This document shows, in pieces, positions 20,986-32,055 of a DNA stretch of 64,000 nt. A program made the translations under genes and the position numbers. The notes beneath the pieces were generated by a model, which ran no database searches, was not told the DNA's origin, and saw nothing but the letters and a program-made list of their open reading frames with translations. Every line of letters begins with the position of its first letter. The stretch's first letter is position 1. Source of the DNA: Chitinophaga pinensis (GTDB lineage: Bacteria > Bacteroidota > Bacteroidia > NS11-12g > UBA955); assembly GCA_945877575.1 (NCBI GenBank), contig CAMDUE010000003.1:88174-152173 (forward strand). The letters are read 5' to 3'.

Positions 20986-21123
20986 TTACTTTTTTCTTTT
21001 ATGGGTGATTTTATACCAAACAAAATAACCAAAAGAAAAAATTATCAATCCTAAGATAATGATTAAAAGTACTATCGCGCCGACACCTAATCCTGGTCCT
21101 ATATATAAAAAAGTATTCGTCAT
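20986..21123 (-). CDS. possible small hydrophobic peptide (45 aa) at the head of the polysaccharide operon
   Basis: Translated by hand: MTNTFLYIGPGLGVGAIVLLIIILGLIIFSFGYFVWYKITHKRKK. It has one TM helix plus a basic tail. It falls below the ORF-track cutoff. Confidence 0.3.
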   Translation of the reverse strand: MTNTFLYIGPGLGVGAIVLLIIILGLIIFSFGYFVWYKITHKRKK

Positions 21124-21176
21124 AATTTATTTCAGTTCTTTACTTTCGAGATTCTTAAAATGCCTGATTAATTTCA

Positions 21177-22397
21177 TTAAAAGGGTAATTCATGATATAA
21201 TCTAGGCCAATGTGTTCGTTCATTTACATTATTCAGCACACCGCGATACATTAATTCTCCGCTCTTCTTAAAATAGTAAACAACCCCATTATTTTGACTC
21301 TCAACAAAAATACTTCCATCGGGGCAAATTTCATGTAACCCTTGTGTCTTTGTAAAAATTCCTTGTTTTGAAATACTGTCTTTAATTGGGTAAGAGAAAC
21401 TCCGCGAATTAAAATTGTAAACACAAATATTTGATAGGTTAAATTTGCCTTTCAGTACATGATATTTACCCCAAATATTGGGATCCACATTATTGTTAAA
21501 AACCGATATTTGACTATCACTAAGAATATCAACATCGTGTTGCATTGCAAATGGACCACAAATCACGGATAAAATAGAATCAACATTGGGCCTGTAATGT
21601 ACAATGGATGATCGATGACGGAGACTTAAAAATAAATCGCCTTTTTTCCAATGTTTTGCGTCACTTTTTACAACTTCAACATCGTTCAGATGATAAGGAT
21701 CATTACCTTTGGGTGTAGATGTATTCGAATTCCCTAAGAGCCAATAATTATTTGATTCAAGGAATAATTTCGACAACGGTGAACTTCTGAAGACAGTTTT
21801 ACCTGTGTTAATGTCTAATGCAACCACATAATTTTCCCAAGCTCTTCGGTTAACCAATTCTCTGGTACAAACCCAAATGGTTTGTTCATCGACGTTAAAA
21901 GTATGATGAAAACGATGTTCATTATTGGACCATATGATATTCGAATTTGAATCTACCCGAAAAAAACAATCCAATCCTTCAAAATAAAAAACACAAGATT
22001 TATCCTTTAGGATATAGGGGGATCTGGGTTCAGAATGCGAAAATTTCCTATTTCGTTTGTTCGTTACTTGATTTCTTAACATTGTGTTTTCATCCATGGA
22101 CCAGCTGTAAATCACATTCTTATTACCCAAAGCCATTAACTCAATAACCCATTTATCTTCAACAAATCGCGCATTTGTATAATACAACTTTTCATTGTTC
22201 AAATTATTGACAAAACTATTCGTATCTAAATTTATCAGTCGAGAGTTGTTTGACTTTAAGCCATTTCTAATTTCATTGTAATAACCGAAAAACGTTTTAA
22301 GAGTTCTACTCTTGGTATTTAAAGCTATGACACCAATTATATTAACAAAAGTAACAAGTAGAAATAAAATTGAGATTAAGTAAAGGAATTTCTTCAT
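21177..22397 (-). CDS. hypothetical membrane-anchored protein (possibly a beta-propeller or arylsulfotransferase-like; uncertain)
   Basis: An N-terminal TM anchor is present. I could not verify any diagnostic motif. Confidence 0.4.
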   Translation of the reverse strand: MKKFLYLISILFLLVTFVNIIGVIALNTKSRTLKTFFGYYNEIRNGLKSNNSRLINLDTNSFVNNLNNEKLYYTNARFVEDKWVIELMALGNKNVIYSWSMDENTMLRNQVTNKRNRKFSHSEPRSPYILKDKSCVFYFEGLDCFFRVDSNSNIIWSNNEHRFHHTFNVDEQTIWVCTRELVNRRAWENYVVALDINTGKTVFRSSPLSKLFLESNNYWLLGNSNTSTPKGNDPYHLNDVEVVKSDAKHWKKGDLFLSLRHRSSIVHYRPNVDSILSVICGPFAMQHDVDILSDSQISVFNNNVDPNIWGKYHVLKGKFNLSNICVYNFNSRSFSYPIKDSISKQGIFTKTQGLHEICPDGSIFVESQNNGVVYYFKKSGELMYRGVLNNVNERTHWPRLYHELPF

Positions 22398-22556
22398 TCG
22401 TCGCGAATTTCGTTTATCAGCCCTGAAAGGTCATGAACTCAATGTAATTATTATGTTTATATAAAGTAACCAATTATTTATTTGAAACCCAAACAATTTC
22501 CTTAATCAGCCAGTTACACAACTCCACCAAACTCCCTAAAAAATCTTATGAATAAA

Positions 22557-23786
22557 TTAAGATACCGCCAATGGAATCTCTTCCATATTTACATAAATTG
22601 GTTTGGCTTTGGGCAATTCCTGTAAAGGACCATAAAATAGATTGACAGCTTTTAAGATATTATGATAAATAATATCACTACAGAATCTATTCTCAAACAA
22701 ACTTCTACTATTATTGGACATTACTTGATATTCTTCAGAAGTGCATTTTTCAAAATCAATCAAACTTTGCGCCAAGCAAATATTGCTTTTCTCACTCAAT
22801 ATAATACCATTATTAAAAGAGCACGTCTCTTTACTTCCCTTGTTATCGGTTGTTATTATTGGTAATCCGAATGCCAATGATTCAATTAAAATTCTTGGTA
22901 CCCCTTCCGGATAATTTGTAGGCAAAACTGAAACCTGACTTAATTTCAACAATGGCCTGACATCATTGATGTAGCCTAAAAAATGTATGGATTTTATACC
23001 CTCCGTTTGATCATTAAATCTTGGGATAATTGATTTATTTGGAAACCATCCAGCGATGATTAACTCCCAGTTTTTTAGGTGACCCAATCTTTTTGCTGTT
23101 TTAAATCCTTCAATTAACTCAAAAACCCCCTTCTCTTCCATTATTCTGCCACAATACAAAAAATAGTTAGACTGAGTACTTAAGTTATATTCTTGATAAA
23201 AATCTTTAGGTATGCTGTAATTTAAATTGAATCTAACTTCATCAACACCACTTCCGTCAGTTTGCATAATCTTCGCACGTTTACACCAACTTTGAATGAA
23301 TAAAAAATCCTCGAAATTCTGAACCACTATTAAGTCCGCACGGTCAATTACATAAATATACAATCGGAGAATTGCCAATTCATAAGAGGTTGGCTTTTTA
23401 TTATTTGAAAAAAATCTTCCTAACCCTGCTAATGTGACACAAATAAAATCAACCCCAAGTAACCTTCCAATTAATACACCTAAGAAATTTGGCACAAACT
23501 TATACGTAAAAATCATATCGGGTTTGAACCTGATTATTTCAAAGATTAATTGAAAAATAAGAACGGGCAATTTCCAAAAGTCACTCAATTTCATAATCTT
23601 AACAAGAAAACCTATAGAAAGATTCAACCTTTTCACTTCTTGTTTAAGTTCACCATTTGGCACCAATGCCCTTGAAGTAAAATTGTATTTATCTTTTAAA
23701 AAGTGAATAAAATTTACACGCGAATTCAAGAAGTCTTCGTCATGATTGGTGTAAATAAGTGCTTTCCTGTTCAAACTATTTTTCAT
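22557..23786 (-). CDS. glycosyltransferase family 4
   Basis: The C-terminal GT-B motif is EGVPRILIESLAFGLPIITTDNKGSKE. Confidence 0.7.
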   Translation of the reverse strand: MKNSLNRKALIYTNHDEDFLNSRVNFIHFLKDKYNFTSRALVPNGELKQEVKRLNLSIGFLVKIMKLSDFWKLPVLIFQLIFEIIRFKPDMIFTYKFVPNFLGVLIGRLLGVDFICVTLAGLGRFFSNNKKPTSYELAILRLYIYVIDRADLIVVQNFEDFLFIQSWCKRAKIMQTDGSGVDEVRFNLNYSIPKDFYQEYNLSTQSNYFLYCGRIMEEKGVFELIEGFKTAKRLGHLKNWELIIAGWFPNKSIIPRFNDQTEGIKSIHFLGYINDVRPLLKLSQVSVLPTNYPEGVPRILIESLAFGLPIITTDNKGSKETCSFNNGIILSEKSNICLAQSLIDFEKCTSEEYQVMSNNSRSLFENRFCSDIIYHNILKAVNLFYGPLQELPKAKPIYVNMEEIPLAVS

Positions 23787-23793
23787 ATTCCAA

Positions 23794-24948
23794 TCATTTA
23801 TTTAAAAGTTCTTCATAAACTGTATAAACCTCATCTGCCGTTTTATTCCAATCAAACTCTCTTGAATACGTCACCGCCTTTTGGCTTAAGGAGTCTCTCT
23901 GAAATTCATTAAGCTCATTTAATTCTCTCAAGGCCTGAACTATACCTTCCATTGACAATTCCTCCAACCGAATTCCTTGATTTTGTGCAATCTCTGAAAT
24001 AGAACTATTGTCTGGCCAAATCACAATACTTCCTAGTGACATGGCTTCAATCAATGGCAAACCAAAGCCTTCAAACAATGAAGGATAAATCAAAGCGGTG
24101 CAAGCTGTGTAATACAATTTTAATTCTTGGTTATCAACATAACCCATAAAATGCACGCGATCAGCTAATTGCAACTCCGAAACCAAATCCAATAAGCCTT
24201 CTTCACTACCGTCACTCCCTACCACAACCAAATGCAGGTCCAATTCTGAACGGAGATGATTGAGTGCTAATATTACATCTTTATAGTTCTTTCTGTAGCT
24301 TGATTTACCAACTAGCAAAATAAAATTATCTAAAATATTCCCCTTGGAATTTTTGAAGATTTCAATCTCTTCTTTCGTCGGAATGTCTTTGAATACCTTA
24401 TTGACACCTTCATAAATTACTTTGGTTTTAACGGAAACCTTTGGAAAGTTAGAGTCAACCCAATTTAGAAAAGTAGATTCCGTAAATTTTGAAACACAAA
24501 TAAAGCAATCGTATTGACTAAGCCCAAATTCGAGGGCTTTTGACAATTGCACATTTTTAAACGCAGGGAACCAACTCGAATATAAAAGTGGTGCAATATC
24601 GTGAATGGTTGCCACCGATTTCTTCCCAGTAGGCACCGGGTGTCCTAAAAATGTTGTGTGTAAAATATCAAATTGATGTTTAGAAAGTCTTTCAATTTTG
24701 GGAGCATTAAGATATGTCCAGGACAACATGTTGAGGTACCTTCCGAGCCCTAAAACTTCAAGTCCAATACTTGATTTCAACTCCGCTAAATGTTCACTAG
24801 GCAAATCACTCCAAGTCGATATGGGAATTAATTTCAACGCCTGTTTTTCATTTAAATGTTCCAATAGGTCGAGGGAGTATCGCTTCACCCCGTATCCGAA
24901 GGACATTGAAATTTGATTTGAAAAATACGCCACTCTCATCTGCACCAT
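23794..24948 (-). CDS. glycosyltransferase family 4
   Basis: The EX7E-like region is PSLFEGFGLPLIEAMSLGSIVI. Confidence 0.75.
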   Translation of the reverse strand: MVQMRVAYFSNQISMSFGYGVKRYSLDLLEHLNEKQALKLIPISTWSDLPSEHLAELKSSIGLEVLGLGRYLNMLSWTYLNAPKIERLSKHQFDILHTTFLGHPVPTGKKSVATIHDIAPLLYSSWFPAFKNVQLSKALEFGLSQYDCFICVSKFTESTFLNWVDSNFPKVSVKTKVIYEGVNKVFKDIPTKEEIEIFKNSKGNILDNFILLVGKSSYRKNYKDVILALNHLRSELDLHLVVVGSDGSEEGLLDLVSELQLADRVHFMGYVDNQELKLYYTACTALIYPSLFEGFGLPLIEAMSLGSIVIWPDNSSISEIAQNQGIRLEELSMEGIVQALRELNELNEFQRDSLSQKAVTYSREFDWNKTADEVYTVYEELLNK

Positions 24949-24951
24949 AGT

Positions 24952-25932
24952 TTAATGACTTTTAATTTGAAACCTATTCAAAAAAATCAAACGGTTCCAT
25001 TTGAGATGAATATTCCTTCTTAGATTAGGACTAAGATATATGCCTATCAGAACGAAATAGTGATCTAAATTAAATGGCCAAATCAAAATAGACTTGAAAA
25101 TATTCAAATTGGCCTTAATGAAATTCTTTTGATAATGAACGTTTACCCTCGCTTTTCTTTTATAAAAATTAGACCAAGATTGAAGTTTATAACCAAAACC
25201 AATATTTGAATTCTTAACATGATTTTTTAATATCCATAAATAGGACTCAATTTCATTATTGGAATTTGAATATGTTCTAACTCCCTGATGATTCCGATAG
25301 TAAACAAGAAATTCCTTCATGAATTGGACTTGCGTGTTTAATAATATCCGAATGCTCAGTTCCCAATCCTGTCTCGCCTTCAATTGTGGGTTAAACTGAC
25401 CAATACTTAACAGTGAACTACGACGAATCAATATGGTAGAAGTAGGCCCACAATGATCTTTTATTAAAATTCTGTTTGTGTCAACAAGCACTTTATCCTG
25501 TGGAATGCCATTTACGTCCATCAAATTACCGTTCTCGTCTATTTCCTCCCAGCCACAATAAACTGTATCACATTTGAATTCAATGTTATTTAAAAACTGA
25601 ATTTGTGAACTTAATTTATTTTTTCTCCATAAATCATCGGAATCTAAAAACCCTATCCACTCACATTGAGTAAAATGGATTCCTAAATTACGGGCAATAT
25701 TAGAACCTTTGTTTTCTTGGAAGAGATAGGTTACTTTACGATTTAAATAATTTTCTTGTACAAATTGCTGAATTACAGAGTTGGTTTCGTCTGTTGACCC
25801 ATCATCTACAATTAGTACTTCAATAAATCCTGAATAATCTTGTTCCAAGACTGATTTCAGTGCCAATACCAAATAATGGGCCCTATTAAAAGTGGGAATG
25901 ACAACTGAAACTGATGGATAAATCATAGTCAT
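24952..25932 (-). CDS. glycosyltransferase family 2
   Basis: VSVVIPTFNRAHYL...VDDGSTDET and a DSDD (DxD) motif are present. Confidence 0.8.
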   Translation of the reverse strand: MTMIYPSVSVVIPTFNRAHYLVLALKSVLEQDYSGFIEVLIVDDGSTDETNSVIQQFVQENYLNRKVTYLFQENKGSNIARNLGIHFTQCEWIGFLDSDDLWRKNKLSSQIQFLNNIEFKCDTVYCGWEEIDENGNLMDVNGIPQDKVLVDTNRILIKDHCGPTSTILIRRSSLLSIGQFNPQLKARQDWELSIRILLNTQVQFMKEFLVYYRNHQGVRTYSNSNNEIESYLWILKNHVKNSNIGFGYKLQSWSNFYKRKARVNVHYQKNFIKANLNIFKSILIWPFNLDHYFVLIGIYLSPNLRRNIHLKWNRLIFLNRFQIKSH

Positions 25933-26762
25933 TTTATCACCCCCTTCTGAATACTATTATCATGATAAATAACAACACAAGCTTGAAACCTAGCAATACC
26001 TGAATGTATTGCCCAAATCAACCCTCTTCTACCGTCAAATAGACCAAGTTTAAAAAAATACAATCGCAAAAAGTATAGAATTGGGAAAAGCAAAACAAAA
26101 TAAAACCCGAAAATCTTGTGATATTTATTTGTAATTTCTTGAACCAAATCATTCAGATATCTCCTTGACTTATCAATTCTATCAATATACAGTGGCTCAT
26201 TTAAATGAATCATCCGAGATCTCATTTGACCTATTCGGGTATTTGACGTATTCACCTGAACCAATTCGTGATTCAAACCTTCAAACTTAAGTATAGACTT
26301 GCGAGCCAAATGAACCTTATTCCAAAGATTTAAATCCCCAAAATTCATGGGCTTACCCAGGAAATAATTCAACCTTTTGAACCGAAAAGCATCATACGCT
26401 TCTAATGAATTACCTTCCAAGAAAATACTGCGAAGCTCTAAATAAAACTCCTTAGAGATCCGCTCATCAATATCCATGTGCAAAATCCAATTTGACCTGC
26501 ACAACGAAATTCCAAAATTTCTTAAGTGAGATAGATATTGTTTTTCAGATTTTTGAAATAGATGATAGGTTATTTTATCTGGAAATTTAGATTGATATTC
26601 CTTAATAATCTGAGCCGTTTGATCTTCAGAACTATCGTCAACTATAATAATCTCCTCTACCCAGTCAATCAATTGCTGAATGAACTCGCCAATTATGTGA
26701 GCTTCATTCTTGCAAATCGCACTAACTGCTATTCCCGGTATTATTTTTTTTGAACTCATCAA
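25929..26762 (-). CDS. glycosyltransferase family 2
   Basis: IIVDDSSEDQT and MDIDE motifs are present. Confidence 0.7.
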   Translation of the reverse strand: MMSSKKIIPGIAVSAICKNEAHIIGEFIQQLIDWVEEIIIVDDSSEDQTAQIIKEYQSKFPDKITYHLFQKSEKQYLSHLRNFGISLCRSNWILHMDIDERISKEFYLELRSIFLEGNSLEAYDAFRFKRLNYFLGKPMNFGDLNLWNKVHLARKSILKFEGLNHELVQVNTSNTRIGQMRSRMIHLNEPLYIDRIDKSRRYLNDLVQEITNKYHKIFGFYFVLLFPILYFLRLYFFKLGLFDGRRGLIWAIHSGIARFQACVVIYHDNSIQKGVIK

Positions 26763-27690
26763 AGGCCAACTTTACGTTTTTAATATATCGATAATAAACT
26801 TTTGATTTGATCGCTTTAACATAACGTTTGAACCTATTAAATTTTCCAAATTTCTTTAAATCTTTAATTTCAGAATCACCAGAACCGATGTGATTATGGT
26901 ATCCTACGAAATTCGCCAATATCTCAACATACATATTTAAGCCATTGTTAAGTAAAGATGAATTTTGCCACCTATTAACTGAGTCTTGCTTTATAGATTT
27001 AAACGATTTACTGTCCCAAACATCAATACCCAACCTACTCGAAATTTGACCGAAAATCAAAGCCGGTTGGTGTACCATGTCTTCGTACCTGATAATCTCA
27101 ACAGCATCCTCATCTAAGAGACCTTTAATGAAAAATAAATTTCTGTAAGCGTCTAACCACCCAAATTGTCTTAATTCAGGGTTAGTTCCAAAAAGTTCAT
27201 AAGCGCTATTCATGACTGCAAATGGATTGCGCACCAAGCCAAAAATAAAAACCTCTTTTTTAGTGATTTTCAACCATTTGACTAACAATAAAACAGCGGG
27301 AAAAGAGGCTATTAGTTGAGGTGATTTCTCAAAGAAAAAAAGGCTATTTACACTTTCAATAAGCTTCTCCCAATAATAAAAGATATCTTCAACAGTTAAA
27401 ATTTCTCTGTCTAATTCTACACCATTTTCGAGAAGTAAACGATTTAGTAATGTACGCGTAACCGACACATTTCCATAACCATTGTATTTATTGAAAATGG
27501 TCTGTTTATTCATTTTATCATCATCTAGAATGGTTGCAGCCATTGTCCAAAAATGTGTTTCACCATTGGAATGAGGGGTAAATTTGACAGAAGAGATCTC
27601 ATTTCTACCTTTCAACATTTCTTGAAAGAATGTTGAACCTGAGCGTTTATCTGACAACAAAATGATTACTTTATTTGTACAAACACCCAT
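26722..27690 (-). CDS. sulfotransferase
   Basis: The 5'-PSB motif is LSDKRSGSTFF. Confidence 0.65.
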   Translation of the reverse strand: MGVCTNKVIILLSDKRSGSTFFQEMLKGRNEISSVKFTPHSNGETHFWTMAATILDDDKMNKQTIFNKYNGYGNVSVTRTLLNRLLLENGVELDREILTVEDIFYYWEKLIESVNSLFFFEKSPQLIASFPAVLLLVKWLKITKKEVFIFGLVRNPFAVMNSAYELFGTNPELRQFGWLDAYRNLFFIKGLLDEDAVEIIRYEDMVHQPALIFGQISSRLGIDVWDSKSFKSIKQDSVNRWQNSSLLNNGLNMYVEILANFVGYHNHIGSGDSEIKDLKKFGKFNRFKRYVKAIKSKVYYRYIKNVKLAFDEFKKNNTGNSS

Positions 27691-27698
27691 ACTAATTA

Positions 27699-28991
27699 TT
27701 ATAAAATATTAGATTTCGTTTTAAAGAAATCTGCAGAAATAATAAAAATTGTAATCATTAAAATATTCATCCCACGTGTTTCTGAAATAATTGCATGTCC
27801 TAATAATTGCCAAATAAATATAACTACAAAAAATTGAACTTGATTCGGTCTATAAATACTGCTTGAATTTATTATTTTAAAAATCAAATACCCCAATAAT
27901 GAGATAAAAAGCATAGCAAAAACTAAACCATATGAATATATTGCACTTGCAAATACTGCATGATCTGACAAATTCCTTCCTTGAAAATCAATAATATTTC
28001 TTTCACTAATACCGAGTCCAAAAAAAATCAGAAATAAATTCCTACCAATAACTTCAAACGGCTCAATATAAGCCAATAACCTCTCATTCTCGCTTTCACC
28101 AAAACCTTCATTGCCATCAATTAATTTTTCTGATCCGTCAATCACTCGGTTAAAATAAAGCTCTAGATCACTGAGATCAAATACAAATGTAATACCAATG
28201 ATTATTACTGAGGAAATAACGATTGAACTAATTTTCCGAAACGAATTTAAATATAGAAAATCAACCAATATAACTAAGATCAACGTTAAAATTGGCCCTC
28301 TACTATTGGTGAACAACACACCAATAATGATTATATATTGAAATATCTTTTGGGTTATTTTACTTAAGGAATTTCGGTTAATCTTGGTTACAATCATGTT
28401 TAATACATAAACAAACACGAGATAGTATCCCGTTATTATGGAAACACCAATCAATGATCTTCCCCTCAACACTTCATCAATATCTGCCTTGTCCCATTTA
28501 TCTAAAAACCCTTTTGCGGGATCTAAAAAGCTTAATTCAAAAACATTTTTAGTGATAAAATCTCTTGTTTGTGGAATAGAAGATAAGACGACCAGTAAAA
28601 CCGTAACTAACGAAAATCTCACAACCCAAATAAATGCACGATAAAATTCTTGTTCACTTTGAATTCTCCTAAATAACAAAATAAGCAGTGAATAAGTTAG
28701 TAGAGTCCGTATTAGTGAATAAAATGGTTCAATTGAATAATTCAATGTTAAAAATGCGAAAAGTTCAGAAATAAAAATGAAAAAAATACTAGAAAAAAAA
28801 ATTGTAAATATTATTTTATCTAAGCTTTTTTGATTTTTCCTATCAACCACTAACCAATTTAAAATCAATAAAAAATCAATAATATAAAGCGGGATTCCAG
28901 CAAAATTCAAATTCAATTTTGGAAATGTAAACATCACAACCAATGTGATATTCAGTAAAACTTTATTAAATTCTAGATTTTTTGTAGACAT
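27699..28991 (-). CDS. O-antigen/EPS polymerase (Wzy-like, O-antigen ligase family)
   Basis: A 430 aa polytopic membrane protein with more than 10 predicted TM helices. It sits where Wzy would be expected in the cluster. Confidence 0.6.
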   Translation of the reverse strand: MSTKNLEFNKVLLNITLVVMFTFPKLNLNFAGIPLYIIDFLLILNWLVVDRKNQKSLDKIIFTIFFSSIFFIFISELFAFLTLNYSIEPFYSLIRTLLTYSLLILLFRRIQSEQEFYRAFIWVVRFSLVTVLLVVLSSIPQTRDFITKNVFELSFLDPAKGFLDKWDKADIDEVLRGRSLIGVSIITGYYLVFVYVLNMIVTKINRNSLSKITQKIFQYIIIIGVLFTNSRGPILTLILVILVDFLYLNSFRKISSIVISSVIIIGITFVFDLSDLELYFNRVIDGSEKLIDGNEGFGESENERLLAYIEPFEVIGRNLFLIFFGLGISERNIIDFQGRNLSDHAVFASAIYSYGLVFAMLFISLLGYLIFKIINSSSIYRPNQVQFFVVIFIWQLLGHAIISETRGMNILMITIFIISADFFKTKSNIL

Positions 28992-30051
28992 TTTGATATA
29001 AAGTTAAATATTCCTGAAACATCCTTTCATCGCTAAAATAACTAGCTCTTTCTATATTATTTAGACTCCAAATTTCCCATAAATCAATGTTATCCAGAAC
29101 AGTTTGTAAATTCGAATTAAAATCGTCTTGACTGTTTGGGTTCACTAAAAAAATTCCTTTATTAAGAGACTTATGGCAACATAACTCATTCAAACCATCC
29201 ACATCAGAAACTATACAAATCAAACCATTCGACATAGATTCGAGCACTGCCAGTCCAAACCCTTCATATTCACTCAACAAGAGAAATGTTGAATAAGACG
29301 TAAAATCTATATTATCACTGTAGCCTTTGAGCATAATGCAATTATCCAGATCACGAGAATTAATTAGGGCCTTCAGATTCTCAAATTCAGGACCTTCACC
29401 GTAAATATCTAAATTTATTCTTGCTTCTTTGGAATTTTTATTAAAAGAGTCAATATAACGTATCAACAAATCGAAGTTTTTCATATTTACTAATCTCCCG
29501 ATGGAAACAGCTCTAATATTCTTCCTATCAATAACTTGTAAAGTACTTTTCCCCTCCGTATTTTTTGAATAAGCTTGCTCAATTCCATTGTAAATTAGAA
29601 CTAATTTATCTTTAATGGTTGGCATATACTTCAATAATGACTCTCCTACACCATTACTTATGACCACAACTTTGTGTAATCCTGAGTAAATCCATCGATC
29701 TAATAAATAAAACAATCTCCTATTTCTGCGGTTGTTTTGGGTAGAATGTTCAGTAAAAATAATGAATGTTTGGGGCCAAAAATATTGTAATATTCTAACA
29801 TAAAATACCGCTGGAAATAAATGCACATGGATTAATTCATATTTCTTAATTTGTAATTTTTTTAATTGAAAATACAAATTAAAAATAGTCGAAATTGAAT
29901 AATATCCTATTTTGTCATATCTACTTTTCTTCAAGACTATTGAATGAATTTCAAATCCACTCACACCTAGGTAACTCGCTAACTTACAGACAATTTTCTG
30001 AGCACCACCGTTTTTTAATTCTAAATCATTGATTACTTGAATTACCCTCAT
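28966..30051 (-). CDS. glycosyltransferase family 4
   Basis: EYEGFGLAVLESMSNGLICIVSDVDG. Confidence 0.75.
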   Translation of the reverse strand: MRVIQVINDLELKNGGAQKIVCKLASYLGVSGFEIHSIVLKKSRYDKIGYYSISTIFNLYFQLKKLQIKKYELIHVHLFPAVFYVRILQYFWPQTFIIFTEHSTQNNRRNRRLFYLLDRWIYSGLHKVVVISNGVGESLLKYMPTIKDKLVLIYNGIEQAYSKNTEGKSTLQVIDRKNIRAVSIGRLVNMKNFDLLIRYIDSFNKNSKEARINLDIYGEGPEFENLKALINSRDLDNCIMLKGYSDNIDFTSYSTFLLLSEYEGFGLAVLESMSNGLICIVSDVDGLNELCCHKSLNKGIFLVNPNSQDDFNSNLQTVLDNIDLWEIWSLNNIERASYFSDERMFQEYLTLYQNVYKKSRI

Positions 30052-30863
30052 TTAAAAAATATATCACCTATTATTTTTTGCCATGCAGTTTCATTGTTAT
30101 TCTCAAAACTCCTGTTTGTAATGACCTTTCTATTTCCTGAAAAAAGATGTGAAATTCCTATTCCCCTTGGAACAGATTTCAAGGTATGTATTTTATCCTG
30201 AAGATACTGTATTTTTTGATCATTTGATAGTGCAATTAAGTCATCAAAATCTACTTCGCTTTTCAATCCTTTCCACTTTTTAAAGAAGTAATGAAATCTA
30301 ATATCCCTCCAAATCAAACCCAATGTTACCACCAATAATTTAAGTCGACCAAATTTAGAATATTTTTTAGGCCTAATAATCAAAGATCTGAAGACATCTC
30401 TTAGATTTCTTCTTAAGTAAACCAATTCAATTTGAACTCCTGTTTGCAATATTACTTTTAAAAAATCAATAGACTTAGAGGAATCTATAAATATGCCAGG
30501 ATGTTGTTGGCTTGAGGAGAGTACATTTAATATTTTACCGTATTGATTTTTAATTTCCAATTGCAGTTTTTTATGACAATTTAATTGCACATTAAGCATA
30601 AATTGTACCCTATTATTTAAAATATTGGCTTTCGCTATTTTTGAAACTTCTTTAAATATGGGTTTCCAAATTGGACATTCACAAAGTTTTCGTTCACAAC
30701 TGCATGGCCTGTCATCATTAAAATCCTTATTGAAAAAATACAGTTCCCCTAAATAATGTACCGTAAAAAACGAACTCATCCACGTACTAAAAATAGTACT
30801 CCCACTATGGGGCTGGCCCAATATATATATAACTTTTAATTCGCTATTTTTAAGCTCTGTCAA
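30048..30863 (-). CDS. sulfotransferase
   Basis: The 5'-PSB-like motif is ILGQPHSGSTIF. Confidence 0.6.
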   Translation of the reverse strand: MTELKNSELKVIYILGQPHSGSTIFSTWMSSFFTVHYLGELYFFNKDFNDDRPCSCERKLCECPIWKPIFKEVSKIAKANILNNRVQFMLNVQLNCHKKLQLEIKNQYGKILNVLSSSQQHPGIFIDSSKSIDFLKVILQTGVQIELVYLRRNLRDVFRSLIIRPKKYSKFGRLKLLVVTLGLIWRDIRFHYFFKKWKGLKSEVDFDDLIALSNDQKIQYLQDKIHTLKSVPRGIGISHLFSGNRKVITNRSFENNNETAWQKIIGDIFFK

Positions 30864-32055
30864 AATAATATCTTTTTAGAGCAAACATCAATGACTTCAA
30901 ATCACTGCTTGAGTAACTAGGTCTTTTAAACTTGAAATCACTCACATCCCTATCATTTTGAAATTCATCATTTTTCAACAATTCCTTGATGAGCCCCGCG
31001 TAACTTTCTGCAGAAACTAAATGTGAAAATCTCGTTTGATTTTTCATCCGGCGATTGATAGATCCTTCTCTTAATTCTTGTAAATTAAGTTGAGATAATT
31101 CATTTGCAATTCCAATGTAGTCAGCCATTTCAAATACTTTCCCAGAATGATCATCAATTATTTCGTCGGTGATACCTTTTAAATTCCATGATATTAAATA
31201 ATTACCTGAACATAAACTTTCAATTAAAACATTAGACATTCCCTCAAAGTGAGAAGGAAATAACAAAACATCAAATTTCTGATAATATTTCAACAACTCT
31301 GAACGATTTAACCCGCCCACTAATGAAACTAGATTTTTTTCTATGTGATGACCAAGTTCTTGTTCCAACTTATTTTTATCTTTCCCCGTCCCAACAATAT
31401 CTAGTTTATATTTTACTCCAAGTTTATCTAATTCTTCTAAAATTGGTTTTAGATGAAACACTCCTTTTTGGTTGTGTTCCAAACGACCGACAAAGCCTAT
31501 TTGAATTGCATTAGAATGGTAAAATAAGTCATCATCCTTACCTGAATTGCCTGTATCTTCGAAATTTAATTGAGATAGATCAAATCCGTTTGGAATCTTA
31601 GTTATTTTATTTTTTTGTATTCCTAAATTGAGCAGATCAAATTCTGATTTACTATTTAAAATGACGTATTGGTGAATATAATTGTCATACTCAGTGGCAA
31701 TTTGGTACCCAAGTTTAAAACTATTCGCAACTCTTGAAATTATTTTGACCCTTTTTGGTAGCAAAGTTACACTTGCGTTCATAGGCTCTGAGTTTACCGG
31801 TATGACTACCTGAATATTCTCTCTCTTAGCCCATTCCACAAATTTTATAGCCTGCTTTTCTAGCCTAAATTCATTTTTAGCCAAGTATATACAACCTTCA
31901 GAATGAAAGTTCTTATTAACCAAAAGATTAGACTGATAACCAACAGTTACACAATACAATTCAATTCCAAAAGATTTCAAGATATCTCTATGATTCAAAA
32001 AAAATGAATACGTGCCACCTTCTTTGGGTATTGAACCGTATGCAACTTTAATCAT
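30850..32055 (-). CDS. glycosyltransferase family 4
   Basis: FPSHFEGMSNVLIESLCSGNYLIS. Confidence 0.7.
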   Translation of the reverse strand: MIKVAYGSIPKEGGTYSFFLNHRDILKSFGIELYCVTVGYQSNLLVNKNFHSEGCIYLAKNEFRLEKQAIKFVEWAKRENIQVVIPVNSEPMNASVTLLPKRVKIISRVANSFKLGYQIATEYDNYIHQYVILNSKSEFDLLNLGIQKNKITKIPNGFDLSQLNFEDTGNSGKDDDLFYHSNAIQIGFVGRLEHNQKGVFHLKPILEELDKLGVKYKLDIVGTGKDKNKLEQELGHHIEKNLVSLVGGLNRSELLKYYQKFDVLLFPSHFEGMSNVLIESLCSGNYLISWNLKGITDEIIDDHSGKVFEMADYIGIANELSQLNLQELREGSINRRMKNQTRFSHLVSAESYAGLIKELLKNDEFQNDRDVSDFKFKRPSYSSSDLKSLMFALKRYYFDRA

